Positions 37,101 to 49,079 of a stretch of 64,000 bases of DNA are shown piece after piece (within the stretch, counting starts at the first letter, position 1; each line of letters opens with the position of its first letter). Below the pieces are notes generated by a model. The model was not told the DNA's origin and searched no databases. It saw only the letters and a program-made list of their open reading frames with translations. The DNA comes from Octopus sinensis (taxonomy: Eukaryota): contig NC_043013.1 in the NCBI RefSeq assembly GCF_006345805.1, positions 41,044,001 through 41,108,000 on the forward strand, given 5' to 3'. The position numbers and the translations under genes were made by a program.

Positions 37101-38040
37101 CAGACATTATAATGATCACACAACACTCCTTCCTTCCAAGCACTGTTGTAAACAGAAGTGAGCTAGAATGTTAGAACAGAGTTTAAAGGGAATCTGTACC
37201 AAGCAGCTTTACTCTGCATGCTTTAGTTTTGTTGTCTTTTAAAAAGGACAACATTTATTCTAATATATTTTCAGACATCGAGGGCATTATAATGATCACA
37301 CACCACTCCTTCCTTCCAAGCACTGTTGTAAACAGAATTGAGCTAGAATGTTAGAACAGAGTTTATAGGGAATCTGTGCCAAGCAGCTTTTCACTGCATG
37401 CTTTAGCTTTGTTGTCTTTTAAAAAGGATAACATTTATTCCAATATATTTTCAGACATCGAGTGCATTAGAACGATCATACTACACTCCTTGCTTTCAAG
37501 CACTGTTGCAAACAGAAGTGAGCTAGAATGTTTAAACTGATTTTATGGGGAATCTGTGCCAAGCAGCTTTACTCTGCATGCTTTAGTTTTGTTGTCTTTT
37601 AAAAAGGACAACATTTATTCTAATATATTTTCAAACATCGAGGGCATTATAATGATCACACAACACTCCTTCCTTCCTAGCACTGTTGTAAATAGAAGTG
37701 AGCCAGAATGTGAGAACAGAGTTTATAGGGAATCTGTGCCAAGCAGCTTTACTCTGCATGCTTTAGTTTTGTTGTCTTTTAAAAAGGACAACATTTATTC
37801 TAATATATTTTCAGACATCGAGGACATTACAACGATCATACTACACCCCTTCCTTCCAAGCACTGTTGCAAACAGAAGTGAGCTAGAATGTTAAAACTGA
37901 TTTTATGTGGAATCTGTGCCAAGCAGCCTTTCACTGCATGCTTTAGCTTTGTTGTCTTTTGAAAAGGACAACAGTTATTCTAATATATTTTCAGACATCG
38001 AGAGCATTACAACGATCACACTTCACTCCTTCCTTCCTTT
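31118..38040. repeat. 180-bp tandem satellite, about 38 monomers
   Basis: Monomer: gctttagttttgttgtcttttaaaaaggacaacatttattctaatatattttcagacatcgagggcattataatgatcacacaacactccttccttccaagcactgttgtaaacagaagtgagctagaatgttagaacagagtttatagggaatctgtaccaagcagctttactctgcat. Recurs at 31303, 31483, 31663, 31843 and onward. Edge monomers are more diverged. Confidence 0.98.
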
Positions 38041-38229
38041 CAAGCTTGATAAGCTTGGAATTAGTTACCTTATTCAAATATATTTTCCAAAACCATAGTC
38101 AATACAACGATCACACTACACACTTTCCTTTCAAGCTTGATAAACTTGGAATTAGTTCTGTCGAGATTGCGGCTCTTGATTCGAATATGCGGCAAACCAA
38201 AGGTCAAAGAAAAAGTAAAAATTTGACCA

Positions 38230-38650
38230 CCAAAGCGAAAAAAACTTCCAAGACTTGACCTTGAAACCATCCTTAAAGTTGACGTTAGTACTTGAGTAAT
38301 GCTTAAGCTCAACATAGACGGACGTGGGCAGCAGTTTTTTTAACGGTGTGATGGTAACTCTCAAGAGACTCAACTACAAATTTGGAAAGGTTGCTTCCAT
38401 TGACATTCTATCTGATAGTTTAAACTGTATTTTCCGTCGAAACTGTCAAAGCTGATTAGTTGTCACCTCACCTGGTGTGTTCATCACTTGAGATCAATTT
38501 GTGTTGCATATGCAATTTCTATCCACAAATTACAACGAATAAGCGTCGATGGTGTCGTTGATTTGGGCACCGGCGTTTTCTCCGACACTATGGCTTATGT
38601 GGCCTTGTCCAGAGCTCACAGATCATGTGCGATCCCAGCACTTGGAAAGA
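38230..38650 (+). mobile_element. PIF1-family helicase C-terminal remnant (Helitron-like)
   Basis: 38272: LKVDVST*VMLKLNIDGRGQQFFNG (cf. LxVGARVMLxxNxD..LVNG). 38506-38619: AYAISIHKLQRISVDGVVDLGTGVFSDTMAYVALSRAH (cf. AYAITIHKSQG..VDL...F..G.AYVALSR). Confidence 0.85.
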
Positions 38651-38759
38651 ATATAACTATTTGACAGAGCGCTTTCATTGTGTAACGTGAAGTCAAAAGT
38701 TATTAAACTAGCTAAAATCAAGAGTAAAGCTGCCATTAATATAGACAGTGAAATCAACT

Positions 38760-39440
38760 TGCCGAAATCAGAAAAGGCCAGATTTGACAACACTTGCAAA
38801 GCAATACATTTCCCTGGTCAACGAGAGAAATGCTTGTTTTGGGAACAGCACAATACAGGTTGTGCCAAAGAATGCAGGCCAGTAATGATATTGTCATTCG
38901 TGAAATTGACGATATTACATCATCAGGAACTAAATAGGTAGTCAACTTGAGAACTATCGGCAGCAGGTTTAACGCTGGTACTCAGCAGTGCGTGCATGAT
39001 TTTAGGAAGCGCACTTATTTGCTGACTGAAAATGTTCGTGTTTGAAAAGAATACATTGCTCAGGTGCATTAGAAAACATGAGGCCAATTGCCACCAAGTT
39101 ACACAATAAATGTGATTGTGTATCGACCAACGGCTGATCTGACGTTAACAGTTTAAGAGCTTGCTCAAAAAGGAGGCTTCGTTTTTAAGGAGGTGCAGTG
39201 TGTGGCATTGACACTGGTATAGTGAACCATGTGTTCCCAAACACTATGCATTACCCGGTTGTTTATTTGAACAGATTTGAATATATAAACAATCAGGATT
39301 AATTCGGAGTTGAATTCTCCGAATAAGCAGAACATTTACGGCCTGAAATTCTGATTGATAGGATCAGTGTTGCCCATGTTGGCTATTGCGGACAAGCCAT
39401 TACACCATCGTTCGCAATTTGGCAAATGGGACATCATTGA
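38760..39440 (+). pseudogene. Possible ubiquitin-specific protease (peptidase C19)-like remnant downstream of the helicase
   Basis: Motifs occur in USP order across broken frames: DNTC (38786), GTQQCVHDF (38977), VVYLNRFEY (about 39258), AHVG..SHYTIVR (39372-39415). All are degenerate. Confidence 0.45.
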
Positions 39441-40649
39441 CATTGCCGTCTTTTTCCAAGCAGTATATAGTTTTCTCATCTAAAATTGAATAAAATTGAA
39501 ATGAATTTTCACGACCAATATAAAGCAAGAAGCACTATTTGAATCATTTGCTTGATGGTCAGATGGAAAATGTGACAAAGGTGGAGAGATAAGTATCTCT
39601 ATATAGCTTAAGCACATTTCAGAATTTATTAGGATAATATGAATCTGATCTTGCCATTGAGATATCTCAGTGGTGAATGATTGCAATCTTTTACTTTTGG
39701 GAGGTTGTGGGTTGAGTTTGCAGCTTCTATGGTGATTTGTTATATTGGAAAGTCATGTCGCTCGACCAGGTTCTTGTGACCATTTTGTCACTTAGGTAAA
39801 CTAGCTGCTGCTCAGTATCACTCCGTATGATAAAAAAAAACAAAAAACAATTATCGATTTTATCGTACATTTTTTTGATATTGTGACAGTCACTATTTAA
39901 ATTGGTCAGCGTTTGGATGTCAGTTTATTAGAGGCTGCCACACCATTAGGAGAAATACAGTACGTATATAAAATATTATAACCGTTGCCTTAAAATGTAC
40001 GTAACTAGAATTTAAAAAATGTGCTTGCTCAAAATGGTTAGAAAATGTCAAACCTTAAAGTATGAGACTAGCATTGTTGCACAAAAATATTGAAATCACT
40101 ATGCTGTACATTCTGTGGCATCCTTTTATCAAAAGAAATTTTAGTTCATCGAAAGTAACATTAAAAATTAAATTATCGTATACTCAATTTTAACAAAATT
40201 ATGTACAAATTCTAATGTCATCTTTACGCAATAATTAGATCTATGAATAATTTTTAAAAAATAATTTAGAAAATAATTTAATTCGCATAAATTCCATTAA
40301 TATGTGGATCATAATGAGAATTATTTTTGCTTATGATTTCGGTTTCGTACTTTTGCTGTTATATGGATTCGACTTTGTAGGGAGGCAAGAAAATTGCACC
40401 GAGTACACTAAAGTGAATGGTGCTAGAAAGGATATCAAGCCATAGAAACCAAGCCAAAATAGAAAGTGAGAGGAGGTCTCTCTGACCAACCAAATACAAG
40501 TCACTGATTGGGGCAATTTGTCCAACCCATACCAGCAAAGAAAGATGTAAAATGCAATTATATTAACAAGTACCTTCACTCACTCACTAATAAGCATTAT
40601 GTTGCCATTAAAAAGCTCACAATTACCTCACTTCAAGTTAGTTTCTGAA

Positions 40650-41400
40650 GAAGGTGAAGAGTGGAAACAAGAGCTCATGCAAAACTTACCAGCGGAAGCA
40701 GAGATCGTAGATAGTAAATGAGACATGAAGACTACACTATTACCAAAGTTCCTTCAGGAAAGAATGGCACTATGTGCAAATCTGTGAAAGATCAGGAAGG
40801 CAGAACAACCAGAAGTGAAACAGAACAGAGCAAGTATTGGATGGAGCACGTCTATCTTGAATGGAATACCTGAGGAGGATACGTTGGATATCCCTCCAAC
40901 TGAAGAGTTGTTACCAGGGAACGCGAATCCACTTACAAAAGCTGAGATCAGCAAGGCTATTGCATCTTTCAGGAATTGTAAAGCTCCAGGTCTAGGAATT
41001 ATCCCAATAGAGGCACAGCTGCCTATATGCTGTATCCACTACAACAAAAAGCTTGGCATCAAAAACAAATCCCTCAGAATGGAAGAAGGGATGCCTGCTT
41101 AACCTGAGAAACCATCTACAACAACTGGCAGGGAATCATACTACTGTCAGCCCCAGTAAGGTGTTGGCCAGCTTTATAGTGGAGTAGTTGAAGAGAGCAG
41201 TGGATGAATCGAGGCTTGAGTAAGTAGGATTCTGCCACAATAAATCCTGCACATCATTGATTTTGTTGATTTCAAGAAAAAGGATTTGAAAGTGAAGTTA
41301 TCTGGAGGCTGATACAGAATTATGGTATTCCACCAAAAATCAGCATCATCTAATAGTTTTACTACAGTGGACCTATCCAGGTCATCCACAATGCCAAACT
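40650..41400 (+). mobile_element. RTE-clade LINE remnant (linker and RT N-terminus)
   Basis: VKDQEGRTTRSETEQSKYWMEH, SILNG, PLTKAEISKAIASFRNCKAPG, NWQGIILLSAP, FVDFKK, WRLIQNYGIPPKI. Confidence 0.8.
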
Positions 41401-42329
41401 AATGAACCTTTCCACAGGTCAAAAGTAAAATTTAGATGTAAAATATATTAATGTATATATACACTATAGTTCAAAAGGTCCACATGTTTTGGGCTATTGT
41501 CTTTTCACCTGCTTATTCCTTTCTTAGTCTATGTTCAGAAATTGTTAATCCAGATTGCTAGTCTACTTTCCCCATTTCTGAGGGTACCTGTTTTCATTGA
41601 AATAGTTTAAACAAGTTGTACTCTGAAAAAGAGTAACAATTTGGGTAACCTTTTGAATTTTTGCCCACCATTTGTAACTTATTCAATTTTCACATTAAAT
41701 ATCCAATGTGTCACCAATAAAGGGTCCTCAAGAAAAGAATGACCATCACCTACCAAAGTTTGTACTCTACAGAGATTGGCTGTCATAACAGTGGTCTGCA
41801 CAAGAAGCAGTGTAAAGACATGCTAAAAAGACCTTGAAGGTTTGTAATGCTGACCTGCCCTGCAACCCGTATGTCATATAGGCTGCAATGCTTGGTGCTG
41901 CGCCATCCAGCAGGCCACCAATGCATCTGGGGCAAGCTGTCATGTTGGTCCAAAGAAAACCCAGGTAAAAAGGCTGTATCAGGGTGGTGCCAAGCACAAC
42001 ACAAACATCTTCCTGCAGTCACTGTGGGAGGATCTCCCAATCATGGAGTCACAAGCATGTATGCAGAGTGGGCAAAGTGAACCCAATCATTAGGTATCTA
42101 TATCAAAGTTACTACCATGTGATTATAGTGTGAGGTCACTCACAAGTGCTATATGTAACATGTACAGTATAACCTGTTGCTCATTCAGACTGGTGCCAAC
42201 TAAACTGGCAGCAACACCAAACTGGCTTGGTGAGTAGGGTGACTTTTGGACACTCTGCAGAATGAAAAACAAGACCTGTCAAAGGGAAGATGAACTCACA
42301 AGAGTCAACAGTCATCCAATTACATGATA

Positions 42330-43760
42330 TATGTATCAATGTGTAAGGATTTAGGAATTATGGCTTTGGAGCCCAGAAGAACATTTAGTCTAATAGAGTA
42401 TGTTTACCTCCAAGTCCTGGAAAAGGCAACTAACCCAGAAGTTGGACGAATAGAAAAGTCTGAGCTATATGGTTCAAGTTTGCAGCAAAAATTTATACCA
42501 CTTTTCTGCTATTAAGATTTCAGAAACATGGCACAAAAACTAGTAAACCACCCATTTTATTAACTGAACAAAAAGCTAAGAATGCTTAGTTATCAAAAAA
42601 AAAGGTTTTTATTCAATGAGAGACTTGACTTCCATTGTTTTGGCATTCTGCTACATTACTGAAAATCCTCACAAAGGTATCCTTGGAATAGACAGGATCA
42701 AGAAACTTGAGTTATGGAACATTCCACTAAGTAAAACATAATTGCTAATACAGATATTGAACTTGAGATCCATCAAGTGCTAACGGATTCAATCAAATTT
42801 TTACCTCTTACTTTAGAGCTGGTAAAACCAGAAACATTAAATGAACCTGTTCTACAAGTTATTAAATATAGGTATGGTTGGCCAGAAAAATTCTCTGCAA
42901 TGAAGATATGCAACAATTCTATTTGAAGCATGATTATCTCTGGAATAACAGTACAATTAGCCATCATTAAAGTCATCAGCAACTGTCTCAAAAAGTTGGT
43001 ATTTGACCAATTTTATGCAAATCATCCAAGAACTTCAAGAACGAAGGTTTTAACAAGATGCTACATTTATTGGCCAAGACTTGACAAAGAACTCAGAATT
43101 ACCTATTCATATAAGCACCATGGTCTAGAGCAGTGCCACTCAAAGTGGTGGTCTGTGGACCAGTGCCAGTCCACGAGCCATCAGTGAGTTTCCAGGAAAA
43201 AAACAAAATACTTAGAAAATGCTTATGTAATATTGTATTTGTTTACAAGATAAAAAAATTTGTCAACTTATATTGTTTCCAGTATAAATTAATATTACCA
43301 GTCCCTGGCACATTGGAAAGAAAAAAAAAAACCCTGCTTATATGCCACAGTTTGAGAAATATTGGTCTCAAGTAGATTATGCAGGACCTCATATGGTAAC
43401 TACTTCATTATGGTTGAAGCATTATCTAAATGGCTGAAGGTCTTCATTATGAGTTAAACTACAACTTTAGCCACTTTACAAAAGCTACGTCAACTTTTTC
43501 CAATTTTTAGTATTTGATAATGGTCCACAATTCACTCTAGAATTCACAAAATTTAAGAAAAATGGTATCAATCATAAGAGTTCCATATCGTCCTCTATCC
43601 AATAAGCCAGATTTGTGAATTACCCTTAAGTGTTCATTACTCAAAGTTGAAGGGAGTGATAAGTTATAAGAAAATTTGCAACTAATGAATTACAGAACAT
43701 CAAATGCTGCTGCACCTGGGGCAAATCACCAGCAGAACTGTTTCAGAGAAAAGTTCATAG
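42330..43760 (+). mobile_element. Gypsy-type LTR retrotransposon pol remnant (integrase region)
   Basis: NHPRTSRTKVLTRCYIYWPRLDKEL (H2C2 region, cf. GHPGISRMKALARSYVYWP), VDYAGP, FIMVEALSKWLKV, DNGPQFT, KNGINH. Confidence 0.8.
43125..43310. mobile_element. hAT (Charlie-like) MITE fragment inserted in the Gypsy integrase
   Basis: cagtgccactcaaagtggtggtctgtggaccagtgccagtcc resembles hAT-MITE termini (CAGTGGTTCTCAAAGTGTGGTCC) and interrupts the integrase between WPRLDKEL and VDYAGP. Confidence 0.5.
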
Positions 43761-43869
43761 TATTTTAGATATGAAACCCAGAAATGTTAAACATTTGAAA
43801 TTAACTAAGTATACCAAGGTACAGGTGGGAAGATCCAGTATATGTCCTTGATACTCGACCAGGTCATTC

Positions 43870-44530
43870 CAAGTGGCAAATGATGCTGTGCGTTGAAAGC
43901 AGCCAGGCATGCGGGCAAGACGATGCTGTGCGTTGAAAGCAGCCAGGCATGCGGGCAAGACGATGCTGTGCGTTGAAAGCAGCCAGGCATGCGGGCAAGA
44001 CGATGCTGTGCGTTGAAAGCAGCCAGGCATGCGGGCAAGACGATGCTGTGCGTTGAAAGCAGCCAGGCATGCGGGCAAGACGATGCTGTGCGTTGAAAGC
44101 AGCCAGGCATGCGGGCAAGACGATGCTGTGCGTTGAAAGCAGCCAGGCATGCGGGCAAGACGATGCTGTGCGTTGAAAGCAGCCAGGCATGCAGGCAACA
44201 GGATGCTGTGCGTTGAAAGCAGCCAGACATGTGGGCAGCAAAAAATTGACAACTTCAGTCTGCTCAAACCAACCACAACATGTTTTCTTGGTCAAGAACA
44301 CCCCACTTGTTTGACAGGGTCCCTTCTCTCCCAGCTTGACAATTGTGCGACTTGCCTCTTCTCCAAGCTGAAAGCCATACTGAATGGTGGAAACGATTGG
44401 TCATGAGAAGAAACTCAGAAAAGCAACAGCAGCACTCCATGTCATTCCAGACACATTACCAGCAGTATCACTACTTGTGGAAGAAGTGTAAACTCCAAAG
44501 GGAGTATTTCGAAGGTAATTAGAATTTACG
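43870..44530 (+). mobile_element. Mariner transposase C-terminal remnant
   Basis: DAVR*KQPDMWAAKN*QL (cf. DAVRRKRPEMWAAKNWQL), PFSPSL (YSPDL-like), LFSKLKAILNG, WKKC..SKGEYFEG. Confidence 0.75.
43882..44238. repeat. 40-bp minisatellite, about 9 copies
   Basis: gatgctgtgcgttgaaagcagccaggcatgcgggcaagac at 43882, 43922 and onward to 44202. Internal copies are identical. Confidence 0.98.
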
Positions 44531-44739
44531 AAATATACAAAATTTTTTCTTTACACCCAAATGTCAGATATTTTGAGTGCATTTTGTACAATAATATCAT
44601 TCAAAAAGAAAAGAAAACGGTTTCTGAAGACATTTGTCGCCCATTATAACAATTCAAGTTTGTTAACTTGGTTGTTTATCATTATATATTATTTCTATCA
44701 TTGGACAGTGACTTTGAAAAGTTTAGTATAAAGAAAATT

Positions 44740-45200
44740 AGAACCAGGGTCAATTTAAGTGCTGCCAAACTGCTAAGTTACAGGAACACAAACAAACCAG
44801 CACTACTTATTTCTTTACTACCCACAAGGGGCTAAACACGGAGGAGACAAACAAGGACAGACAAACGGATTACATTGACCCCAGTGCGTGACTGGTACTT
44901 AATTTATTGACCCTGAAAGGATGAAAGGCAAAGTTGACCTCAGAATTTGAAATCAGAATGTAACAGCAGACGAAATACGGCTACGCATTTCACCCGGCAT
45001 GCTAATGTTTCAGCAAGTGACAGTAGTGGTTGGGGGAGACCCACAAAGACAGACAGGCTTCCACAGTTTCTGTCAACTAAATTCAATCTATAAGGTAGTG
45101 GAAGGCCAGAGGCTACAGAGGACACTTGGCCAAAGTACTACACGGTGGGATCAAACCTGAAAGCAAATAGTTACAAGGCAAGCTTCTTAGGTACAGTCAT
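44740..45200 (-). mobile_element. SINE family B (about 44800-45015) nested inside SINE family A
   Basis: The family A body (gccaaactgctaagttacagg..aaaccagcac) is interrupted by a family B copy (ttatttctttactacccacaagggg..gctaatgtttcagc) and resumes at gtggttggggga..gacacttggccaaag. Confidence 0.75.
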
Positions 45201-46409
45201 ATTTCTCAAACAAGAGAAAACAAGATATCATGCGTAGTTCGTTTAGCTAACCTCAATATGTAAATAAATTTCGTGACAAACAGCAACAAACAACACCTTG
45301 CTATTGACTATTCACAAATTGCTTTTCAGTTTCTTATTACAACCTTCTATTCAGCAAAAGCTATAAATAAAAAAAATAGAATTAAGAAATTTCTTCAGCT
45401 TTATGACTATGAGGTGATGGCACTTTAGTTTACTATTGAATTCACACTATGCTCATATCAACAAAGACTCACTGCTTAAATTCATCTTGCTAACAATCCT
45501 AAGACAAATGCAGATTTATCAACTTTAACACATTAACATGGTAACTAGGACTGGTTTTAAGCCAATTATACAGATTTGTTCAAATTTGGCCATGTCAAGA
45601 AAAGGCCCATGTACATGTTTCAGCAGAGGATGCTATGATGAATTTGTAGTGTCATTGTGGAGCCTCAAGTCCTCGATGCTTTTTGGCTGAGACTACATGA
45701 AAGCCCACCTACCATAATGGACTATGAGAGACTAAAAGAGACTAAAAAGAAAAATTCAATTGTAATTTTTGTGAAATTCATTTATGAATAAGGAAAAATT
45801 GTCGAAATGTAACCACTCAACTTCAGGGGTAGAGTAGGCATTGCGCCTCATTTATATCTTTTCATATTTTCATTAGTTTTCTTTAATTTTTTCGTCTTAT
45901 TCATCTTTTTGTATTTTAAGTTCCCAAGTTTATGATTGTCTTGTTTGTCCCATTCTGTGTATAGCCCCTTGTGGATAATTAAAAAAATCAGCTTTTTGGC
46001 TGAGATTGGTGTATTGCATGAAGTATAAAATAACTTCAGCAACCACCTCTTTGCTGGCAATTCTCTAATAGGGCCCCTGCACTTCCTAACACCAACCCTG
46101 CTGATGGTACTGTATTTCTGGTCATTTCATACAGTTTAATTACAAAGAAATTTTTTGCCTTTTTAGTTTTCATATAAATATTTAACACTTATGTTATATA
46201 AATATCTCCAAAACCATGACAAAGATACAAAGTAAAATATTTTCTCTGAAACTGTACCAGTTATGCACATGGCAGCTGTGTGAAGCTCGTGATGAATCAC
46301 CAGTGGTATATGTGGCAGTTAACAGGTTAATATTGTAATAGTTACCCTTCATACTGTAACAGTTACCGATTATATGATGCAGATACAGGAACATTGATGG
46401 AAACTGACA

Positions 46410-46715
46410 AAAAATGCTTTTGAAATATGGACATATAGAAGAATGTTAATATCTTAGTCAAAGCTAAACTAAATACTACACCTAGCAAGATTAGTCAACT
46501 TTTTCAAAACAAACAGCTAAAATATTTTAGTCACATACAAAGACTAATAGGGAAGATAAATGGAAAATTCCCAAGGGGAAGACCTAGAACAAACTGGTTT
46601 GATAACACCAAGGACTGGTCTAAACTACCATGCAGTGAATGTAAGAATGGCAGAGAAAAGACCCAAATGGCAATCCTTGGTAGTCAAGCTGCTGAGAGCA
46701 GGTGACACAAATGAA
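46410..46715 (+). mobile_element. RTE-clade LINE 3' remnant
   Basis: AFEIWTYRRML and LIGKINGKFPRGRPRTNWFDNTKDWS..MAEKRPKWQSLV. Confidence 0.75.
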
Positions 46716-47019
46716 GTTACCCTTGAGTGAATCTTCATTAAACAGCAGAACAATCTTTTGCAGCTTCCAGTTATAGTCATAAAAGGAAAAAAAAAAAATC
46801 AGGTGATATCTTATGTTACAGTCTTACACAGCATTACCAGCCATTATATTGTTCAGGCTGTAACAACCTGTAAGCAATGGAGAGGAACACAAAGAATCGT
46901 CATCAACAAACAAGTATGAATGTATAAGGCTTTCACTGACTGTTTTAGGAGCCTATGTAGTTGTAAGCAGCTTGATTTAGGTGCCTATATAGTAAGCAGT
47001 GTATGTTGGGCTTTCCTTA

Positions 47020-47220
47020 TTTGACCCAGTGGCACATTGAGAATGTGCCGAGTGAAAGGAGAAACAACTGCACCAGCAGTCAGTTGATACTCATTTTTAG
47101 CTGAGAAGACTAGAGGAACATGAAGTGCCTTGTTCAAGAGCACAATGTACTTCCTGGTCTGGGAACTGAATCCATGATGCTAAAGATCATTCATCGAATA
47201 ACAACCTAATTACACAGCAG
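47020..47220 (-). mobile_element. Decayed SINE, third family (related fragment at about 6560-6690)
   Basis: Reverse complement has a tRNA-like ggattcagttcccagacc followed by tgtgctcttgaacaaggcactt. Confidence 0.5.
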
Positions 47221-47869
47221 TGTACCTTCATTAGAGATTCAACTAGTTAAGATATTCTGACCAGATTCCTTGTGAACTCTTCATTGAATTTGTAACAGGA
47301 AATTAAAGTTATCTGGAAGTTAGAGACCTGCAAAAATTCAAGTGATCTTGGCACCCTCTCAATTTCCTGTCTGAAACTGCAGAAAATACTTGTAAACTCT
47401 GTGAGCAATGATCATGATGCTATCGTGAAGAAATCAACCTGCATACAAAGTTGCCAATTTTGTGTTAGCTTCTGGCATGAGTCCTTGCAACAAAGGATGA
47501 AAATGGTAACATTATTTCATGACCGTTAGTTAAAAAAGTCACAACATTTTCATTTACAACTCTTGCTATGATAAAGATCATGAAAAATGCCCTTGCAAAA
47601 GCTATTGTATACTGTTGGCAATTTTCTATTGTCCCTTCTATCTCTTTAGACTTTCCTGTTTCTGATAAAGAGTTATGCTCAAAATGTTAACCTTTCCTTC
47701 ACCAAGCATCAAATATATTTCTTGCACATGTCCTAACATTTGTTTTTTTTTTTTTTTTAATTATTTGAATTGACTATTTACTGCATGCTTACATGGACAA
47801 GCCCAATCCTGTTGGAGTACCTAATTCTTAGATTTCTCTCGCCCATTTGATTACATCACCATTTCATTC

Positions 47870-48110
47870 ATTTGAAGTATACCAGTATGTCACACTTGCC
47901 CTTACCTCTCCAACACCACCCTCCTCACAGGCACCCATCATCGACCCTATCATGTCACAGACTCCTTCACCTGCACTTCTAGCAATGTCATCTACTGCAT
48001 CTCCTGCTCTGTCCTCTATATATTGGTCAAACAGGACACCACTTGGCTGACTGGTTCGCAGAACAGAGAGACTCAGCAACGATACCCTGTCTCACACTAT
48101 TTCTAGGGCA
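47870..48110 (+). mobile_element. Penelope-like GIY-YIG endonuclease remnant
   Basis: 47960: DSFTCTSSNVIYCISCS, then (frameshift) LYIGQTGHHLADWFAE (cf. FTC.S.NVIY.I.C..C..YIGQTGRRL..RF.EH). Confidence 0.85.
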
Positions 48111-48277
48111 TATAAAAACTGTCCCCAGGATCAGAGTAGGGTCTTGGAGCAGTTGGTCAAAGGAGCGTCCCCACCTCATTCAAGAGAGAGATGGAGACAG
48201 CAGAGGAGAAAGCCTCTTTGAAAAAGGGAAGAAAGAAGGTGGGTAACAATAGTTCAGGAAGACCAACTGAGCATCTT

Positions 48278-48575
48278 ATCTCATTTTGCTCATTGGACTG
48301 TGGCCATGCTGGGGCACCACCTTGAAGGGAACTGAACAAAAATCAACCTCACTAATTTTAAACCTGGTGCTATCGATGTCTTGCCAAAATCAGAGATGTA
48401 AACAAAACAGTCCTGAAGAGTTTGGGGACAAACACATACATATACACTTTCAGTTTGCCTACCAAACCCAACCATAAGGTTTCAGGCAGTCCAGGGTTAT
48501 GTACCACAGTAGGGACTGAACCAGAAACCATGCAATTAGGAAGGAAACCTCTTACCACAGAACCATGCATGTACC
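48278..48575 (-). mobile_element. Decayed SINE family A
   Basis: Tail ggactgtggccatgctggggcaccaccttg and head gggactgaaccagaaaccatg..cttaccacag. Confidence 0.7.
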
Positions 48576-48613
48576 TATTTGAACAGCATTTACTTTAATA
48601 TTGGTTTTAAATT

Positions 48614-48802
48614 TTGGCACAAGGCCAGCAATTTCAGAGAAGTTACATTGGTTACATCATCCCCAGAGATCAACGGGTACTTATTTCATTGAGCCCAAAA
48701 GAATGGAAGGCGAAGTCAACCTCAGCAGAATTTGAACTTAGAACAGAAAATGCTGCTGAGCATTTTGCTCAGCATGCTAACAGTTCTGCTAGCTTGCCAC
48801 CC
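48614..48802 (-). mobile_element. SINE family B (CpG-decayed)
   Basis: gaaggcgaagtcaacctcagcagaatttgaactt..cagcatgctaacagttctgctagcttgccacc. Confidence 0.8.
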
Positions 48803-48851
48803 TCTTGTTTGATATTGATCATATGTATTGTTTCAGTATACTATTTTAAAC

Positions 48852-49079
48852 AAAGGTGGTGAGTTGGCTGTGCTGTTAGAATGCCAGGCGAAATGCTTAG
48901 CGGTATTTCATCTGCCACTATGTTCAGAGTTCAAATTCTACTGGGGTCCACTTTGGCTTTCATCCTTTGGGGGGAAGGGGTCGATTAAATAAGTACCAGT
49001 TATGCACTGGGATCGATGTAATCGACTACCCCCTGCTGCCTCCAAATTTCAGACCTTGTGCCTAAAGTGAAAAGGATTA
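48852..49079 (+). mobile_element. SINE family B, head-to-head with the previous copy
   Basis: aaggtggtgagttggc..gcgaaatgcttagcggtatttc..gagttcaaattc..ttcatccttt..aagtaccagtt..gcactgggatcgatgtaatcgact. Confidence 0.85.

Noticed and set aside
31492-38098. Repetitive ORFs (LSFKKDNIYSNIFSD...) and a CRISPR-like appearance
   Set aside because: The 180-bp period is a multiple of 3, so ORFs arise trivially. There are no unique spacers or cas genes, and the DNA is eukaryotic.
43755-44406. Several 85-173 aa ORFs with repeated peptides
   Set aside because: Artefacts of the 40-bp minisatellite.
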